Part shown: piece by piece, positions 39,828 to 51,151 of the stretch
Layout of the letters: each line of letters opens with the position of its first letter
Position numbering within the stretch: the first letter of the stretch is position 1
Origin: Arenicellales bacterium
GTDB taxonomy: Bacteria; Pseudomonadota; Gammaproteobacteria; Arenicellales; JAJDZL01
Assembly: GCA_965116205.1 (NCBI GenBank)
Contig: OZ220493.1
Span: 38,276 to 102,275 of the forward strand
Direction of reading: 5' to 3'
DNA length: 64,000 bases
Translations under genes and position numbers: made by a program
Notes under the pieces: model-generated
Databases searched by the model: none
The model's input: only the letters and a program-made list of their open reading frames with translations
Told to the model about the DNA's origin: nothing

Positions 39828-41978
39828 ATGTCGTTTCATCATCATTCGCTAGCAGACTGGTACCGGCAGGCTGCGCAAGAACTGAAAGATCGGTCGCCCG
39901 ACGACCTGAGGTGGGAAACACTAGAAGGCATTTCAATCAAACCACTGTATACGGAAGAAGATCTACTGGGACTCGAACACCTAGCCACATTACCGGGCTT
40001 TCCACCCTACCTGCGGGGACCCCGGGCGACCATGTACACCGGGCGACCTTGGACCCTGCGGCAATACGCTGGATTTTCCACCGCTGAGGAATCGAATCAA
40101 TTTTATCGCGACAACCTCAAATCCGGCCAAACCGGGCTTTCCGTCGCTTTCGACCTGCCGACGCATCGCGGCTTCGATTCAGATCATCCGCGCGTCATCG
40201 GTGACGTCGGCAAAGCTGGAGTTGCCATTGACAGCGTCGAGGATATGAAGATTCTGTTTGCTGATATTCCACTCGAGAAAATTTCCGTGTCGATGACGAT
40301 GAACGGGGCGGTACTGCCGATATTGGCCATGTTCATTGTTGCTGGCGAAGAACAGGGCGTCACCCAAAGTCAACTTTCTGGCACTCTGCAAAATGATATT
40401 CTGAAAGAATTCATGGTGCGCAACACCTATATTTATCCACCCGCCCCCTCCATGCGCATTGTCGCTGACATCATTAAGCACACCACCAACCAAATGCCGC
40501 GCTTCAATCCCATTTCGATTTCCGGCTACCACATGCAGGAGGCCGGTGCGTCCGGTGTTCAGGAACTGGCTTATACCCTTGCTGATGGCATTGAGTATGT
40601 ACGCGCAGCATTGTCAACCGGCATGCCGGTCGATCAGTTCGCGCCACGTCTTTCGTTCTTTTTTTGCATCGGCATGAATTTATTTATGGAAGTGGCAAAA
40701 TTGCGTGCCGCCCGCTACTTGTGGGCGCAATTCATGCAGTCCCTGTTCGCGCCGAAAAATCCAGCATCGTTGATGCTACGTACTCACTGTCAGACTTCCG
40801 GTGTGAGTCTAACCAGTCAGTCACCCTATAACAACATCGTTCGAACGACGATTGAAGCGCTAGCTGCCATACTGGGTGGCACCCAGTCACTCCATACCAA
40901 CTCGTTCGATGAAGCACTCGCTTTACCCAGTGAGTTTTCTGCACAAATTGCGCGCAATACACAACTCATTCTCCGCGAAGAGTCAGGACTGTCTAAAGTC
41001 ATTGATCCACTGGCCGGTAGCTACTACATCGAAAGTCTAACGGCTTCCATGATCCAGGCCGCTAAAGCGCTGATTGACGAAGTTGAACAGCTAGGGGGGA
41101 TGACTCGCGCCGTCGACGCCGGCATTCCCAAGCAGCGCATTGAAGCTTCGGCGGCCAAGCGCCAGGCGCGCATTGACAGTGGCGAAGACGTGACCGTCGG
41201 TGTCAATCAGTTCATCGATGATGCAGTCAACCCAATCAAGTTACTCGAAGTGGATAACCAGGCAGTCCGGGAAAACCAGCTGGCTAAACTCAATCAGGTT
41301 AAAGCGACCCGCGACGAAACCATCTGTCAAGCCGCTCTGGCGCGGTTGCGTGACACCGCTGCGACAGGTGAATGGGGACTGCTGCCACGGACCATAGAAG
41401 CGGCGCGGGCACGCGCCACCGTCGGTGAAATTTCTAGTGTTCTACAGGACATCTTTGGTCGACATCATGCCATTCCAAAAACCATCAGCGGCGTTTACCG
41501 AAGTGCCATGACCGCGCCGGCAGAGGTGGAAAGAATTCGCACCCTGGTCGATGAATTTACTAAAATTCATCAGCGCCGACCGCGTGGGTTGATCGCCAAA
41601 CTCGGGCAAGACGGGCACGACCGTGGTGCCAAAGTCATTGCGACGGCCTATGCCGACTTTGGCTTTGAAGTTGAGATCGGAGCACTGTTTCAGACGCCGG
41701 TAGAAGTGGTACGTCAGGCGGTTGACAATGACGTGCATTTTATTGGCATCTCAACACAGGCCGGGGGACACAAGACCCTGGTACCACAGGTCACCGAAGA
41801 GTTGCAAAAAGCCGGCGCTGAGAACATCGTGGTGATCTGTGGGGGCGTGGTCCCCCCTGACGACATCAATGTGCTAAAGACCCAAGGCGTATCGGCAGTC
41901 TTCGGGCCGGGCACCCGCATACCGGATACCATCCCCCAAGTCTTGAATTTCATCGACGCAAGCCTGCGATCAAGCTGA
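39828..41978 (+). CDS. scpA: B12-dependent methylmalonyl-CoA mutase
   Basis: RQYAGF (Tyr specificity residue), QNDILKE, cobalamin-binding GQDGHDRG. Confidence 0.96.
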   Translation: MSFHHHSLADWYRQAAQELKDRSPDDLRWETLEGISIKPLYTEEDLLGLEHLATLPGFPPYLRGPRATMYTGRPWTLRQYAGFSTAEESNQFYRDNLKSGQTGLSVAFDLPTHRGFDSDHPRVIGDVGKAGVAIDSVEDMKILFADIPLEKISVSMTMNGAVLPILAMFIVAGEEQGVTQSQLSGTLQNDILKEFMVRNTYIYPPAPSMRIVADIIKHTTNQMPRFNPISISGYHMQEAGASGVQELAYTLADGIEYVRAALSTGMPVDQFAPRLSFFFCIGMNLFMEVAKLRAARYLWAQFMQSLFAPKNPASLMLRTHCQTSGVSLTSQSPYNNIVRTTIEALAAILGGTQSLHTNSFDEALALPSEFSAQIARNTQLILREESGLSKVIDPLAGSYYIESLTASMIQAAKALIDEVEQLGGMTRAVDAGIPKQRIEASAAKRQARIDSGEDVTVGVNQFIDDAVNPIKLLEVDNQAVRENQLAKLNQVKATRDETICQAALARLRDTAATGEWGLLPRTIEAARARATVGEISSVLQDIFGRHHAIPKTISGVYRSAMTAPAEVERIRTLVDEFTKIHQRRPRGLIAKLGQDGHDRGAKVIATAYADFGFEVEIGALFQTPVEVVRQAVDNDVHFIGISTQAGGHKTLVPQVTEELQKAGAENIVVICGGVVPPDDINVLKTQGVSAVFGPGTRIPDTIPQVLNFIDASLRSS

Positions 41979-42012
41979 TTCAAACCCTAGTCACTCCAAC
42001 TGAAGTCGAACA

Positions 42013-43545
42013 GTGCAAAAAATTATTGAGCAACTCAACCAAAAACGTGCGGCAGCGAAACTCGGCGGTGGTCAAACGCGCATCGACACCCAGCATGCCA
42101 AAGGTCGGTTAACGGCTCGCGAACGCATCAACCTACTGCTCGACCACGACACTTTTGAAGAATGGGACATGTTTGTCGAGCATCGTAGCGCTGATTTCGG
42201 CATGTCGAATAACAAGATTCCGGGCGACGGAGTGGTTACCGGTTACGGTACCATTCACGGTCGCCTAGTATTTGTATACAGTCAGGATTTTACCGTTTAC
42301 GGCGGTTCACTCTCAGAAGCACACGCTGAGAAAATCGGCAAGATCATGGATCAGGCCATGAAAGTGGGGGCACCAATCATTGGCATCAATGATTCTGGTG
42401 GGGCACGCATTCAGGATGGTGTTGCCTCACTGGCCGGCTATGCAGATGTCTTTCAACGCAACGTGATGGCCTCGGGAGTTATTCCACAGATCTCACTCAT
42501 CATGGGGCCCTGTGCCGGCGGCGCAGTTTACTCTCCCGCCATCACCGACTTCATTTTCATGGTGCGAGACAGCTCTTACATGTTTGTAACTGGGCCCGAT
42601 GTTGCCAAAACAGTAACTCATGAGGAGGTTTCTGCTGAACAGCTCGGTGGTGCCACTGCCCACACGGAAACGTCAGGGGTTGCCGACGGAGCATTTGAAA
42701 ATGACATTGAAGGATGTCTGATGCTGAGAGTTTTTTTCGACTTTCTACCGGCCAACTATCAACATTCACCGCCCATTCGCACCACTAGTGACTCTCGTGA
42801 CCGCATCGAGTCTTCTTTAGATTCTCTCGTACCTGATGACCCCAATCAACCCTATGACGTCAAAGAACTGATTCAAAAGATTGTGGATGAAGAGTATTTT
42901 TTCGAACTCAAACCAGAACATGCGAAGAATATCATCATCGGCTTTGCCCGGATGGAAGGACGTACGGTTGGCATCGTCGCCAATCAGCCGATGGTGCTGG
43001 CCGGTTGTCTGGATATTCTTTCATCAATCAAGGCCGCACGATTTGTGCGGTTCTGCGATGCCTTTGGCATTCCCATCATCACCTTCGTGGATGTGCCAGG
43101 TTTTATGCCGGGCAGTGCCCAAGAACACGGTGGCATCATCAAACACGGCGCTAAACTGCTTTACGCTTATGCTGAAGCAACCATTCCTAAAGTTACGGTC
43201 ATCACTCGTAAGGCCTACGGCGGCGCCTATGACGTCATGAGTTCAAAACATCTGCGGGGAGATGTCAATCTAGCCTGGCCCAGTGCAGAAATTGCCGTCA
43301 TGGGTGCCAAAGGCGCGGTGGAGATTATTTTCAGAGCAGAGATGAACGATCAGGAAAAAATTGCACAGCGAACCGCCGAGTATAGTGAAAAATTCACCAA
43401 CCCGTTCATCGCTGCCCACCGCGGCTTCATTGATGATGTCATCATGCCACACAATACGCGGCGGAGAATCTGTCGTGCACTCGAAATGCTGGCCGGTAAA
43501 CAACTTAAGAATCCTGAGCGTAAGCATGGCAACATACCGCTTTAA
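42013..43545 (+). CDS. pccB: Propionyl-CoA carboxylase beta (carboxyltransferase) subunit
   Basis: [40 protein letters not shown]. Confidence 0.94.
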   Translation: MQKIIEQLNQKRAAAKLGGGQTRIDTQHAKGRLTARERINLLLDHDTFEEWDMFVEHRSADFGMSNNKIPGDGVVTGYGTIHGRLVFVYSQDFTVYGGSLSEAHAEKIGKIMDQAMKVGAPIIGINDSGGARIQDGVASLAGYADVFQRNVMASGVIPQISLIMGPCAGGAVYSPAITDFIFMVRDSSYMFVTGPDVAKTVTHEEVSAEQLGGATAHTETSGVADGAFENDIEGCLMLRVFFDFLPANYQHSPPIRTTSDSRDRIESSLDSLVPDDPNQPYDVKELIQKIVDEEYFFELKPEHAKNIIIGFARMEGRTVGIVANQPMVLAGCLDILSSIKAARFVRFCDAFGIPIITFVDVPGFMPGSAQEHGGIIKHGAKLLYAYAEATIPKVTVITRKAYGGAYDVMSSKHLRGDVNLAWPSAEIAVMGAKGAVEIIFRAEMNDQEKIAQRTAEYSEKFTNPFIAAHRGFIDDVIMPHNTRRRICRALEMLAGKQLKNPERKHGNIPL

Positions 43546-43556
43546 GCTGTAACCCT

Positions 43557-45563
43557 ATGTTTAACACCATTTTGATTGCTAATCGAGGGGAAATCGCTTG
43601 TCGAGTAATTCGCACCGCGCAAAAGATGGGCATCTGTACTGTGGCCGTATATTCAAATGCTGACGTTAACTCCCGGCATGTGCAAATGGCGGATAAGGCG
43701 GTCAATATCGGTCCGGCCGCCGCTACAGAAAGTTATCTGAACGCAGCAGCGATTATCCAGGCTTGTCGTGCGACCGGTGCCGAAGCCATTCACCCGGGAT
43801 ACGGTTTTTTGTCGGAAGATGCCAATTTCAGTGAACAGTTGATGGACAACGGCATTCAGTTCATCGGGCCGGAACCGGTTGCCGTGCGCGCCATGGGTGA
43901 CAAAATTACTGCCAAGATCATTGCTCGCAAAGCCGGTGTCAATGTTATACCGGGAGTGGATGACTTTATTGAAAGTCCCGCTCATGCGGTCGAACTCGCT
44001 AATAGCATTGGATATCCCGTTATGCTCAAGCCCACCTCAGCAGGCGGCGGCAAGGGAATGAGATTAGCCTATAACGACGCGGAATGTCGTGATGGTTTCA
44101 TACGTTCTGCCAGTGAGGCCAAAGCGCATTTTGGCGACGACCGCGTATTCGTTGAAAAGTACATTGATAACCCGCGACACATAGAAGTGCAGGTGCTCGC
44201 CGATAAATGGGATACCGTCGTCCATCTTGGTGAACGGGAGTGTTCACTACAGCGGCGGCATCAAAAAGTGATTGAAGAAGCGCCTTCATCATTTTTGAAC
44301 GATGAAACCCGGCGCAACATCACCGCTCAGGCGATTGCTCTCGCCCGGGCGGTAGATTACGTGTCGGCCGGTACCATTGAGTTTGTGGTCGATAGTGAGC
44401 AGAATTTCTACTTTTTAGAAATGAATACGCGATTACAGGTTGAACATCCGGTGACCGAATACGTGACCGGGGTCGATCTGGTAGAGTGCATGATCCGCGT
44501 GGCGGCGAATGAACGGCTGGACTTGAAGCAATCGGCAATCACCACCGCAGGCTGGGCCGTCGAAGCGAGGATCTACGCTGAAGATCCGTCACGCAATTTT
44601 CTACCATCAACCGGACGGTTGATTCGATACCGCCCACCGACACAGTCGACAAGCGTACGCATTGATACCGGTGTTGATGAAGGTGGAGAAATCTCCATTC
44701 ATTACGACCCCATGATCGCGAAATTAATTGTGCATCAGAATACCCGAGAAGAGGCATTCGCACTGCTGGCCCAATCGCTGGATGAATTTCAAGTTACCGG
44801 CGTGATTACCAACATTCCATTCCTGCAGGCTTTAACTCGCGACCTATCGGTTCTTGCTGGTGACATGCATACCCGTTATATTGAGTCAAAATTCCCGGAT
44901 GGCTACGACCCGGAAACGGCTAGGAACGCAACGGTTGTACAGGCCGCGCGAATCGCTGCCATTGCGCACTATATGAACGAACAGCGATCCATTGATTTAC
45001 ACCGAGATAAAAAAAATCATCATTGGACTCCACCTATCGACTGGGTCGTATTGAGTGAATCGGAACAGTTCGAGTTTACGATTGAAGAAACACCAAATGG
45101 ACACCGACTCAGTAGCCCTGGGACGGAAGGCATTGAAGTCCATCACCATTGGCTGCCGGGTCAGCAGTTATTCCATTTTACCGATACGAAAGAGGTCCAA
45201 CAATGTGTACAACTCATTCGAATCGGAATAGGATACCAAGTTAATTTTTTCGGCATGCGCCGATTATTCAAAGTGCTCAGTCCTACCGCGGCCAGCTATC
45301 ATCAGTACATGCTGAAGAAGCAAACCACTGACGTGTCTCTTTTTCTTAGATCACCCATGCCCGGTCGATTACAGGAGCTGCGCGTCACTGAAGGCCAGAC
45401 GGTAACAGCTGGTGAGACGGTAGCGATCATTGAAGCGATGAAAATGGAAAATGCACTGCGTGCGGATCACCATAGAACCATCGCAAAAATTCTAGTCAAA
45501 GTTGGTGACAGCGTTGCTGCAGACCAACCAATAGTGGAATTTGAAAGTGAGGACGATGCATGA
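43557..45563 (+). CDS. pccA: Propionyl-CoA carboxylase alpha subunit (biotin carboxylase plus BCCP)
   Basis: ANRGEIA, GGGKGMR, EMNTRLQVEH, biotin site EAMKME. Confidence 0.93.
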   Translation: MFNTILIANRGEIACRVIRTAQKMGICTVAVYSNADVNSRHVQMADKAVNIGPAAATESYLNAAAIIQACRATGAEAIHPGYGFLSEDANFSEQLMDNGIQFIGPEPVAVRAMGDKITAKIIARKAGVNVIPGVDDFIESPAHAVELANSIGYPVMLKPTSAGGGKGMRLAYNDAECRDGFIRSASEAKAHFGDDRVFVEKYIDNPRHIEVQVLADKWDTVVHLGERECSLQRRHQKVIEEAPSSFLNDETRRNITAQAIALARAVDYVSAGTIEFVVDSEQNFYFLEMNTRLQVEHPVTEYVTGVDLVECMIRVAANERLDLKQSAITTAGWAVEARIYAEDPSRNFLPSTGRLIRYRPPTQSTSVRIDTGVDEGGEISIHYDPMIAKLIVHQNTREEAFALLAQSLDEFQVTGVITNIPFLQALTRDLSVLAGDMHTRYIESKFPDGYDPETARNATVVQAARIAAIAHYMNEQRSIDLHRDKKNHHWTPPIDWVVLSESEQFEFTIEETPNGHRLSSPGTEGIEVHHHWLPGQQLFHFTDTKEVQQCVQLIRIGIGYQVNFFGMRRLFKVLSPTAASYHQYMLKKQTTDVSLFLRSPMPGRLQELRVTEGQTVTAGETVAIIEAMKMENALRADHHRTIAKILVKVGDSVAADQPIVEFESEDDA

Positions 45564-45964
45564 TCGGGCAATTGAATCATATCGCTATTGCGGTCCCTAA
45601 TCTCACCGCGGCAGCGAAGCGCTACCAATCTGTATTGGGTGCGGACGTGTCGGCACCGATGGACCTACCGGAACATGGCGTTACCACCGTATTTGTAAAC
45701 CTGCCCAACGCCAAGATCGAATTGCTACACCCACTTGGAGAACAGTCACCCATCGCCAGTTTTCTGGAGCGAAATCCTACCGGTGGCATTCATCATCTTT
45801 GCTACGAAGTGTCAGATATCAATAAAGCGAAGGAACAACTGCTGGCGGCGGGTATGCGAATATTAGGCGATGGTTTACCGAAAATCGGGGGCCACGATAA
45901 ACCCGTGTTATTTCTGCACCCGAAAGATTTTTTTGGCACCTTGATCGAACTTGAAGAGGCGTAA
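45560..45964 (+). CDS. mce: Methylmalonyl-CoA epimerase
   Basis: NHIAIAV, GGIHHLCYEV, FLHPKD, LIELEE. Confidence 0.95.
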   Translation: MIGQLNHIAIAVPNLTAAAKRYQSVLGADVSAPMDLPEHGVTTVFVNLPNAKIELLHPLGEQSPIASFLERNPTGGIHHLCYEVSDINKAKEQLLAAGMRILGDGLPKIGGHDKPVLFLHPKDFFGTLIELEEA

Positions 45965-46051
45965 ATGAATCTGTTCTGAAACAATGTGCTGAAGTTTGCG
46001 CAGTAGTCGAATGAACACTGGGATAACGACCGCATCATCAGACCTTCACAA

Positions 46052-47023
46052 TCATACCCAAGCTTGACAAGTTGCTTCTAGTGTTTCTAGGTTAATGACG
46101 GAGTGATAAGTCGGTTTTGGATGCATACGTCGGAAGGCGCGAACTACCATCCCCTGTAAATTCGGTCGCTTGTCGGATGGCAAGTCTCCCCTTCCTAGAC
46201 CACCTCCGAATTCAATGATCCGTTCAACACCCGCTGCGGCGACCGTTGCCAGATTATCGCACCAACGCACGGGTTTAAAGAGCTGGTGATACAGATTACT
46301 GCGAATGTCATCAACATTGGTGGTATGAAATTTTCCAGTGGTATTGGAAGCCACTTTGATTTTGGGTGAGTATATTTCAGTTTCGTCTAGAAATGGTTTG
46401 AACTGCTGTGCGGCCGGGTACATGTGAGAGGTATGAAAAGCACCTTCGGTTTTCAGTCGTATTCCACCCTTTCCAGGATATTGATCTTCAATTGACGCAG
46501 TCAGCTGATCAAGGTCAGCCGGCCAGCCACCGACTACGGTCTGTTCCGGCAGATTGAGTGCCGCTATTTCACAATTACTTGATTCGATGAATGGTAAAAC
46601 ACTTTCTTCGCTAAGAGACAGCGCGAGCATTTCTCCTCCACCATGTTCACCCATACATTGACCTCGTTTGGAAACCAGCTGTAACGCATTGTTAAATTTC
46701 AAAGACTGCGCCGCAACGAGCGCCGTGTATTCGCCCAAACTATGCCCGGCGGCGGCAAAAGCTTGAACAGCTGCACCAGTCTGGTGGTAAAACACCTGTA
46801 GACAGGCATAGGAATGTACGAGCAACGCCGGCTGTGTGTATTTCGTGAGGTTGATGTTGCCGCTATCAAAATCGTTACACAAGCCAATCAGATCGTAGTC
46901 GAGTATGTCACTGGCCTCAGCATAGATATCTCGAACTATGGCGAATTCCTGAAACAAGTCACTACCAATCCCAGGATACTGAGAACCTTGGCCAGGAAAT
47001 AGAAGTAGAGTTTTTGTAGTCAA
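46052..47023 (-). CDS. fabD: ACP S-malonyltransferase (FabD-like)
   Basis: FPGQGSQ, TQPA, GHSLGEY, GAFH. TTG start after GAGG inferred. Confidence 0.85.
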   Translation of the reverse strand: MTTKTLLLFPGQGSQYPGIGSDLFQEFAIVRDIYAEASDILDYDLIGLCNDFDSGNINLTKYTQPALLVHSYACLQVFYHQTGAAVQAFAAAGHSLGEYTALVAAQSLKFNNALQLVSKRGQCMGEHGGGEMLALSLSEESVLPFIESSNCEIAALNLPEQTVVGGWPADLDQLTASIEDQYPGKGGIRLKTEGAFHTSHMYPAAQQFKPFLDETEIYSPKIKVASNTTGKFHTTNVDDIRSNLYHQLFKPVRWCDNLATVAAAGVERIIEFGGGLGRGDLPSDKRPNLQGMVVRAFRRMHPKPTYHSVINLETLEATCQAWV

Positions 47024-47232
47024 CGCAATAGAACCTCTGTCAAGTATTAAGCGTGAATTCAATAAAGGTGATTGTTACGAAATAAATTTACATTAAATTT
47101 AATTTCTTGATTGCATCACTAAACCAATCACTGTGGCGTTCTATAGATCACTCAATTTTTTCTTCGTATCGCACATCAATTCATCAATATGAACGACAAA
47201 CAAGTTTGTAAAGCTTTATAATGTGAACTGAT

Positions 47233-47961
47233 ATGTCAGAATTATTGCCCCCAAATTGGTTTTGGATATTCGCTGCTAGCACTGCGATCATCACCTTAAT
47301 TTTCAAGTTAGGGAAATGGTTTGGTATTGTAAATTCCGACCGAGAACAATTTCGTGAATTTATGCACAAAATTAGCCATGAGGTTGGTGAAGTACAAAAT
47401 AATGTGAGTGCATTACAAGGCGATGTCGTCACATTGCAAAAAGATGTTGTTATCCTACAAAACGATGTCGTCACATTAAAAACTGACGTCAGCGTGCTAA
47501 AGAGTGACGTCAGCGTGCTAAAGAGTGACGTCAGTGTGCTAAAGAGTGATTTGAGTACGTTAAAAATTGAATTTGGAGAATTTCGGAAAAGTATCGGTGA
47601 AATTCTTTTACGATTACCAGCCGCACCATTAGCAGATGATAGTCCACTTCGACTGACGGATCTTGGCAAACGTATATCAAGCCATATTGATGCGAATCAA
47701 TGGGCGCAAAAGACTGCTAAGCAACTGGTTGACAAGACAGTATCAATGGATTCTTTTCAAGTTCAAGAAATGTCTTTTCAACACAGCAAAGAATTCGAAC
47801 CGGATGAATCAATGCTCAAAAAAATGCGAGAATCAGCATTTCAAGAAGGACTCAATCTGGATGGCGTAAGAAGTGTTCTTGGCGTAGTTTTACGAGATGA
47901 ACTGTTCCGTATTCGAGAATCAGAAATCACAACGGCAGACTCCACTCCTGACGAGGACTGA
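47233..47961 (+). CDS. Hypothetical protein with N-terminal TM and heptad-repeat coiled coil
   Basis: Hydrophobic WFWIFAASTAIITLIF, then LQGDVVT-LQKDVVI-LQNDVVT-LKTDVSV-LKSDVSV-LKSDVSV-LKSDLST, then a globular C-terminus beginning DSPLRLTDLG. Confidence 0.8.
   Translation: MSELLPPNWFWIFAASTAIITLIFKLGKWFGIVNSDREQFREFMHKISHEVGEVQNNVSALQGDVVTLQKDVVILQNDVVTLKTDVSVLKSDVSVLKSDVSVLKSDLSTLKIEFGEFRKSIGEILLRLPAAPLADDSPLRLTDLGKRISSHIDANQWAQKTAKQLVDKTVSMDSFQVQEMSFQHSKEFEPDESMLKKMRESAFQEGLNLDGVRSVLGVVLRDELFRIRESEITTADSTPDED
47421..47549 (+). repeat. 21-bp in-frame tandem repeat (3 near-perfect plus 3 degenerate units)
   Basis: TGACGTCAGCGTGCTAAAGAG at 47484, 47505 and 47526 (third copy has one mismatch), preceded by degenerate cGATGTcGTcAcatTgcAAAa units. 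Confidence 0.9.
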
Positions 47962-48112
47962 GTGCAATCATATTGATCTCACATGTTGTATAAAACTGAG
48001 GCTGGTATTTTGTGACACTAGCTGACATGACTTCCCCCTGCTAGATCATTCCACCACTGAAATCATACAAATAGGAGTGATCAATCAAAATCATCTGCCC
48101 TAGATTCCAATT

Positions 48113-49234
48113 CTACATGATGACCATGTTGTCGCGGTGAATCAGTTCCTGATCTCTCACATATCCAAGCACCGACTCAATTTTATCCGTTCGATGACCT
48201 TTGATTTGAGCTGCCTCTTCAGCATCATAGTTGATCAAACCTCGAGCAATTTCTCTTGACTCAGTATTCAGACAGACCACCAGGTCGCCGCGTCTGAAAT
48301 TTCCCTCTACCTGTTTTACGCCAACGGAGAGCAGGCTGCGCCCTTGCTCAAGTAGCGCATTAACTGCACCTTGATCAAGGCGCAGATTTCCTGCCACGCG
48401 CAGTCTACCTGCCAGCCACTGTTTATGCGCGGTGATTCGGCCCGTATTTGAGCGAAGTAATGTTCCTTTAGCTTGATTGGTAACAATTTTCTGTAACTGA
48501 TCTTCAACCAACCCTGAGGAGATAAATGTCGCGGCACCAGAACGAGCGGCTTTTCGTGCAGCTTCCAGCTTGGCTAACATACCACCGCGCCCAAACTGGC
48601 TACTGGGACCGACGACTCGGTCAAGGGATGTATCGTGTAAATATGCCTGTTCAATCAGCTCAGCTGCTGAGTCAGTACGGGGGTCGGCATCAAACAAACC
48701 GATTTGATCAGTTAGGATGACTAGCAGGTCCGCATCAACAATATTGGTCACCAATCCGGCGAGATTGTCATTATCCCCAAACTTAATGTCATCCGTGGTT
48801 ACGGTATCGTTTTCGTTGACAATGGGAATAACGCGCATCTCCAGCAACGTCCGGATAGTGTTGCGAACGTTGAGATAACGTGCGCGGTCGGAAAGATCAG
48901 CGTTGGTCAATAGAATCTGTGCAGTTTGGAAACCAAACTTCTCGAAGGCTATTTCGTAGGTACGCACCAAACCCATTTGGCCAACAGCCGCCGCCACCTG
49001 TAACCGGTGCACCTCATGTGGACGTTCGCTCCAACCCAGTCGTTTCATCCCTTCCATTACGGAACCCGATGAAACCAGCACCACTTCAACTCCAGAGTCT
49101 TTGAGTGTGACAATCTGTCGTGCCCAAGCATGAATGAGATCAACATTGATGCCTGTTTCAATATTTGTGATCAGTGAGCTACCTACTTTGACCACCCAGC
49201 GTCGCGTTGCTCGGTAATCGAATGGTGTCATCAT
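48113..49234 (-). CDS. proB: Glutamate 5-kinase
   Basis: VVKVGSS, VNENDTV, FGDNDNL, C-terminal PUA domain ending IHRDNM. Confidence 0.97.
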   Translation of the reverse strand: MMTPFDYRATRRWVVKVGSSLITNIETGINVDLIHAWARQIVTLKDSGVEVVLVSSGSVMEGMKRLGWSERPHEVHRLQVAAAVGQMGLVRTYEIAFEKFGFQTAQILLTNADLSDRARYLNVRNTIRTLLEMRVIPIVNENDTVTTDDIKFGDNDNLAGLVTNIVDADLLVILTDQIGLFDADPRTDSAAELIEQAYLHDTSLDRVVGPSSQFGRGGMLAKLEAARKAARSGAATFISSGLVEDQLQKIVTNQAKGTLLRSNTGRITAHKQWLAGRLRVAGNLRLDQGAVNALLEQGRSLLSVGVKQVEGNFRRGDLVVCLNTESREIARGLINYDAEEAAQIKGHRTDKIESVLGYVRDQELIHRDNMVIM

Positions 49235-50283
49235 AAAATCATTTCCTCATGTTCGTCGGAACTCACTCGTTGCAATGAGTGTTCTTCAAGCCAAGTCATG
49301 GTCGGTCCTAACAACTGATTACAACCCGAACCAGTGACTGCCGACACACTGAACCACGGCCCGGTCCAATGACTACAGTTCAGAATTTGTTCCACCCGTT
49401 TGTGCAGTTCCTTTTCTGGTATGAGGTCAATTTTATTGAGAACTAACCACCGCTCACGTCGGGCTAGTTCTTTGTCAAACTGCATCAGTTCATCCTCAAT
49501 CACTGTGATAGATTCAGCCACTGCCTGAGGTTCAGCACACGTAAACAGATCAACGACGTGATACAGCAGACGGGTGTGGCGCAAATGTTTCAGAAATTGA
49601 ATACCCAACCCACTGCCGGTTGATGCTCCTTGAATCAACCCAGGAATATCAGCCATCGTATAGCTTCGTCCGGAATCGACCACAACGACTCCCAGAGATG
49701 GTTTGAGTGTAGTGAACGGATAATCGGCTATTTTAGGATGGGCATTGGTTACTCTGCGAAGTAATGAGGATTTACCGGCGTTCGGTAGCCCAACCAAGCC
49801 GACATCGGCCAGCAGCTGGAGTTCAAGCCGGAGATGTCGTGTTTCTCCTTTGGTACCCGGTACTGTTCTCCGTGGTGACCGATTGATACTGGACTTAAAC
49901 CGAGTGTTGCCGATGCCATTGGCACCTCCTTTTGCCACCAATAGCCGTTGACCCGAACGTGTCACCTGGTCAATCAACTCAAGTGTTTCAGCGTCGTAGA
50001 TAATGGTGCCGAGGGGAATTAAAATGTCAAGATCATCACCATCTTTTCCGGTCAGGTTCCGACCGCCACCGGGTTTACCATGGTCAGCTCGATAAATATT
50101 TTGAAATTTAAAATCAACCAGCGTATTGAGATGCTGGTCACCGACCAGGTAGACGTTGCCGCCGCGACCACCATCACCGCCATCCGGTCCCCCGCGAGGA
50201 ACATTTTTCTCCCGGCGAAAAGACAGACAGCCGTCACCACCCTTACCCGCGGTTACACAAACCTCCGCTTCATCAACAAACAT
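49231..50283 (-). CDS. obgE: GTPase Obg/CgtA
   Basis: FVDEA, GGPDGGDGG, GLPNAGKS, ADYPFTT, DIPG, NKID. Confidence 0.98.
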   Translation of the reverse strand: MFVDEAEVCVTAGKGGDGCLSFRREKNVPRGGPDGGDGGRGGNVYLVGDQHLNTLVDFKFQNIYRADHGKPGGGRNLTGKDGDDLDILIPLGTIIYDAETLELIDQVTRSGQRLLVAKGGANGIGNTRFKSSINRSPRRTVPGTKGETRHLRLELQLLADVGLVGLPNAGKSSLLRRVTNAHPKIADYPFTTLKPSLGVVVVDSGRSYTMADIPGLIQGASTGSGLGIQFLKHLRHTRLLYHVVDLFTCAEPQAVAESITVIEDELMQFDKELARRERWLVLNKIDLIPEKELHKRVEQILNCSHWTGPWFSVSAVTGSGCNQLLGPTMTWLEEHSLQRVSSDEHEEMIL

Positions 50284-50337
50284 CAGAGCGCACGCTGAAG
50301 TAATTAATGTGCATCATGGCAGTTCCATGAATTTGGG

Positions 50338-50359
50338 CACCGGGAAGAGTTTCCCGGTG
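50338..50359 (-). other. Stem-loop between rpmA and obgE
   Basis: CACCGGGAA-N4-TTCCCGGTG 9-bp perfect stem with no U-tract; possible mRNA stabiliser or weak terminator. Confidence 0.45.
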
Positions 50360-50371
50360 AATGAAGGGTAA

Positions 50372-50629
50372 TTAAGCAGGAATTACCGACACCGTTTTTT
50401 TGCGTAACGGGCCCTTAACTTCGAATTTAACGTGACCATCAGATTTTGCAAAGAGTGTATTGTCTTTGCCCATCCCGACATTTATACCCGGATGAAACTT
50501 GGTGCCGCGTTGACGGACGATGATATTTCCGGCACGAATTTCCTCGCCACCATAACGTTTGATACCTAAACGCTTGGCGATTGAATCGCGCCCGTTTCTT
50601 GAACTTCCACCTGCTTTTTTATGTGCCAT
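50372..50629 (-). CDS. rpmA: 50S ribosomal protein L27
   Basis: [23 protein letters not shown]. Confidence 0.99.
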   Translation of the reverse strand: MAHKKAGGSSRNGRDSIAKRLGIKRYGGEEIRAGNIIVRQRGTKFHPGINVGMGKDNTLFAKSDGHVKFEVKGPLRKKTVSVIPA

Positions 50630-50663
50630 CAGTGCTTACCTTAAGAATCCAAATTCAACTATT

Positions 50664-51056
50664 TCAATCTTCGGTCGAGACTTCAGCATCTAAAGCTTCT
50701 TCCTCGACTTCGGGTTCAGCAACCGCTTCCGGTTTCTGTTCAACATTACCAATACCCAACACCTCAAGTTCAGTGTATTCCTGTCGATGTCCATAACTTC
50801 GACGATAGTTCTTCCGGCGTTTCATCTTGATCACGCGAATCTTCTTAGCGCGACCATGCTCAAGAATTTTCGCCAAGACGGGAGTGCCTTCAACATACGG
50901 AGTACCGATCTTGGTTTCAGCACCATCCGACACCAGCAGCACATGGTCGAACTGAACGCGGTCACCCTTGTCGCCGCGCAGCCGTTCAACTTGGATTGTG
51001 GCGCCCGGCTCAACTCTAACCTGCTTACCACCTGTTTCGATAATTGCGTACATCAT
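50664..51056 (-). CDS. rplU: 50S ribosomal protein L21 with acidic C-terminal extension
   Basis: MYAIIETGGKQ, KRRKNYRR..GHRQ. Confidence 0.98.
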   Translation of the reverse strand: MMYAIIETGGKQVRVEPGATIQVERLRGDKGDRVQFDHVLLVSDGAETKIGTPYVEGTPVLAKILEHGRAKKIRVIKMKRRKNYRRSYGHRQEYTELEVLGIGNVEQKPEAVAEPEVEEEALDAEVSTED

Positions 51057-51151
51057 CAGAAATTAGAAAGAAAATTTGGAGGAATGTGAATTTCAAATTA
51101 TATCTTGTTGTTGATAAATTTTCATCAATTTGTAATTTGCGAGATTCAACT

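Noticed and set aside
46052-47023. FabD-like enzyme as a methylmalonyl-specific acyltransferase linked to the pcc operon
   Set aside because: The specificity motif is GAFH (malonyl type), the gene is convergent with the operon, and no PKS or ACP is nearby.
47484-47549. CRISPR array
   Set aside because: Contiguous 21-bp in-frame repeats without spacers, and no cas genes.
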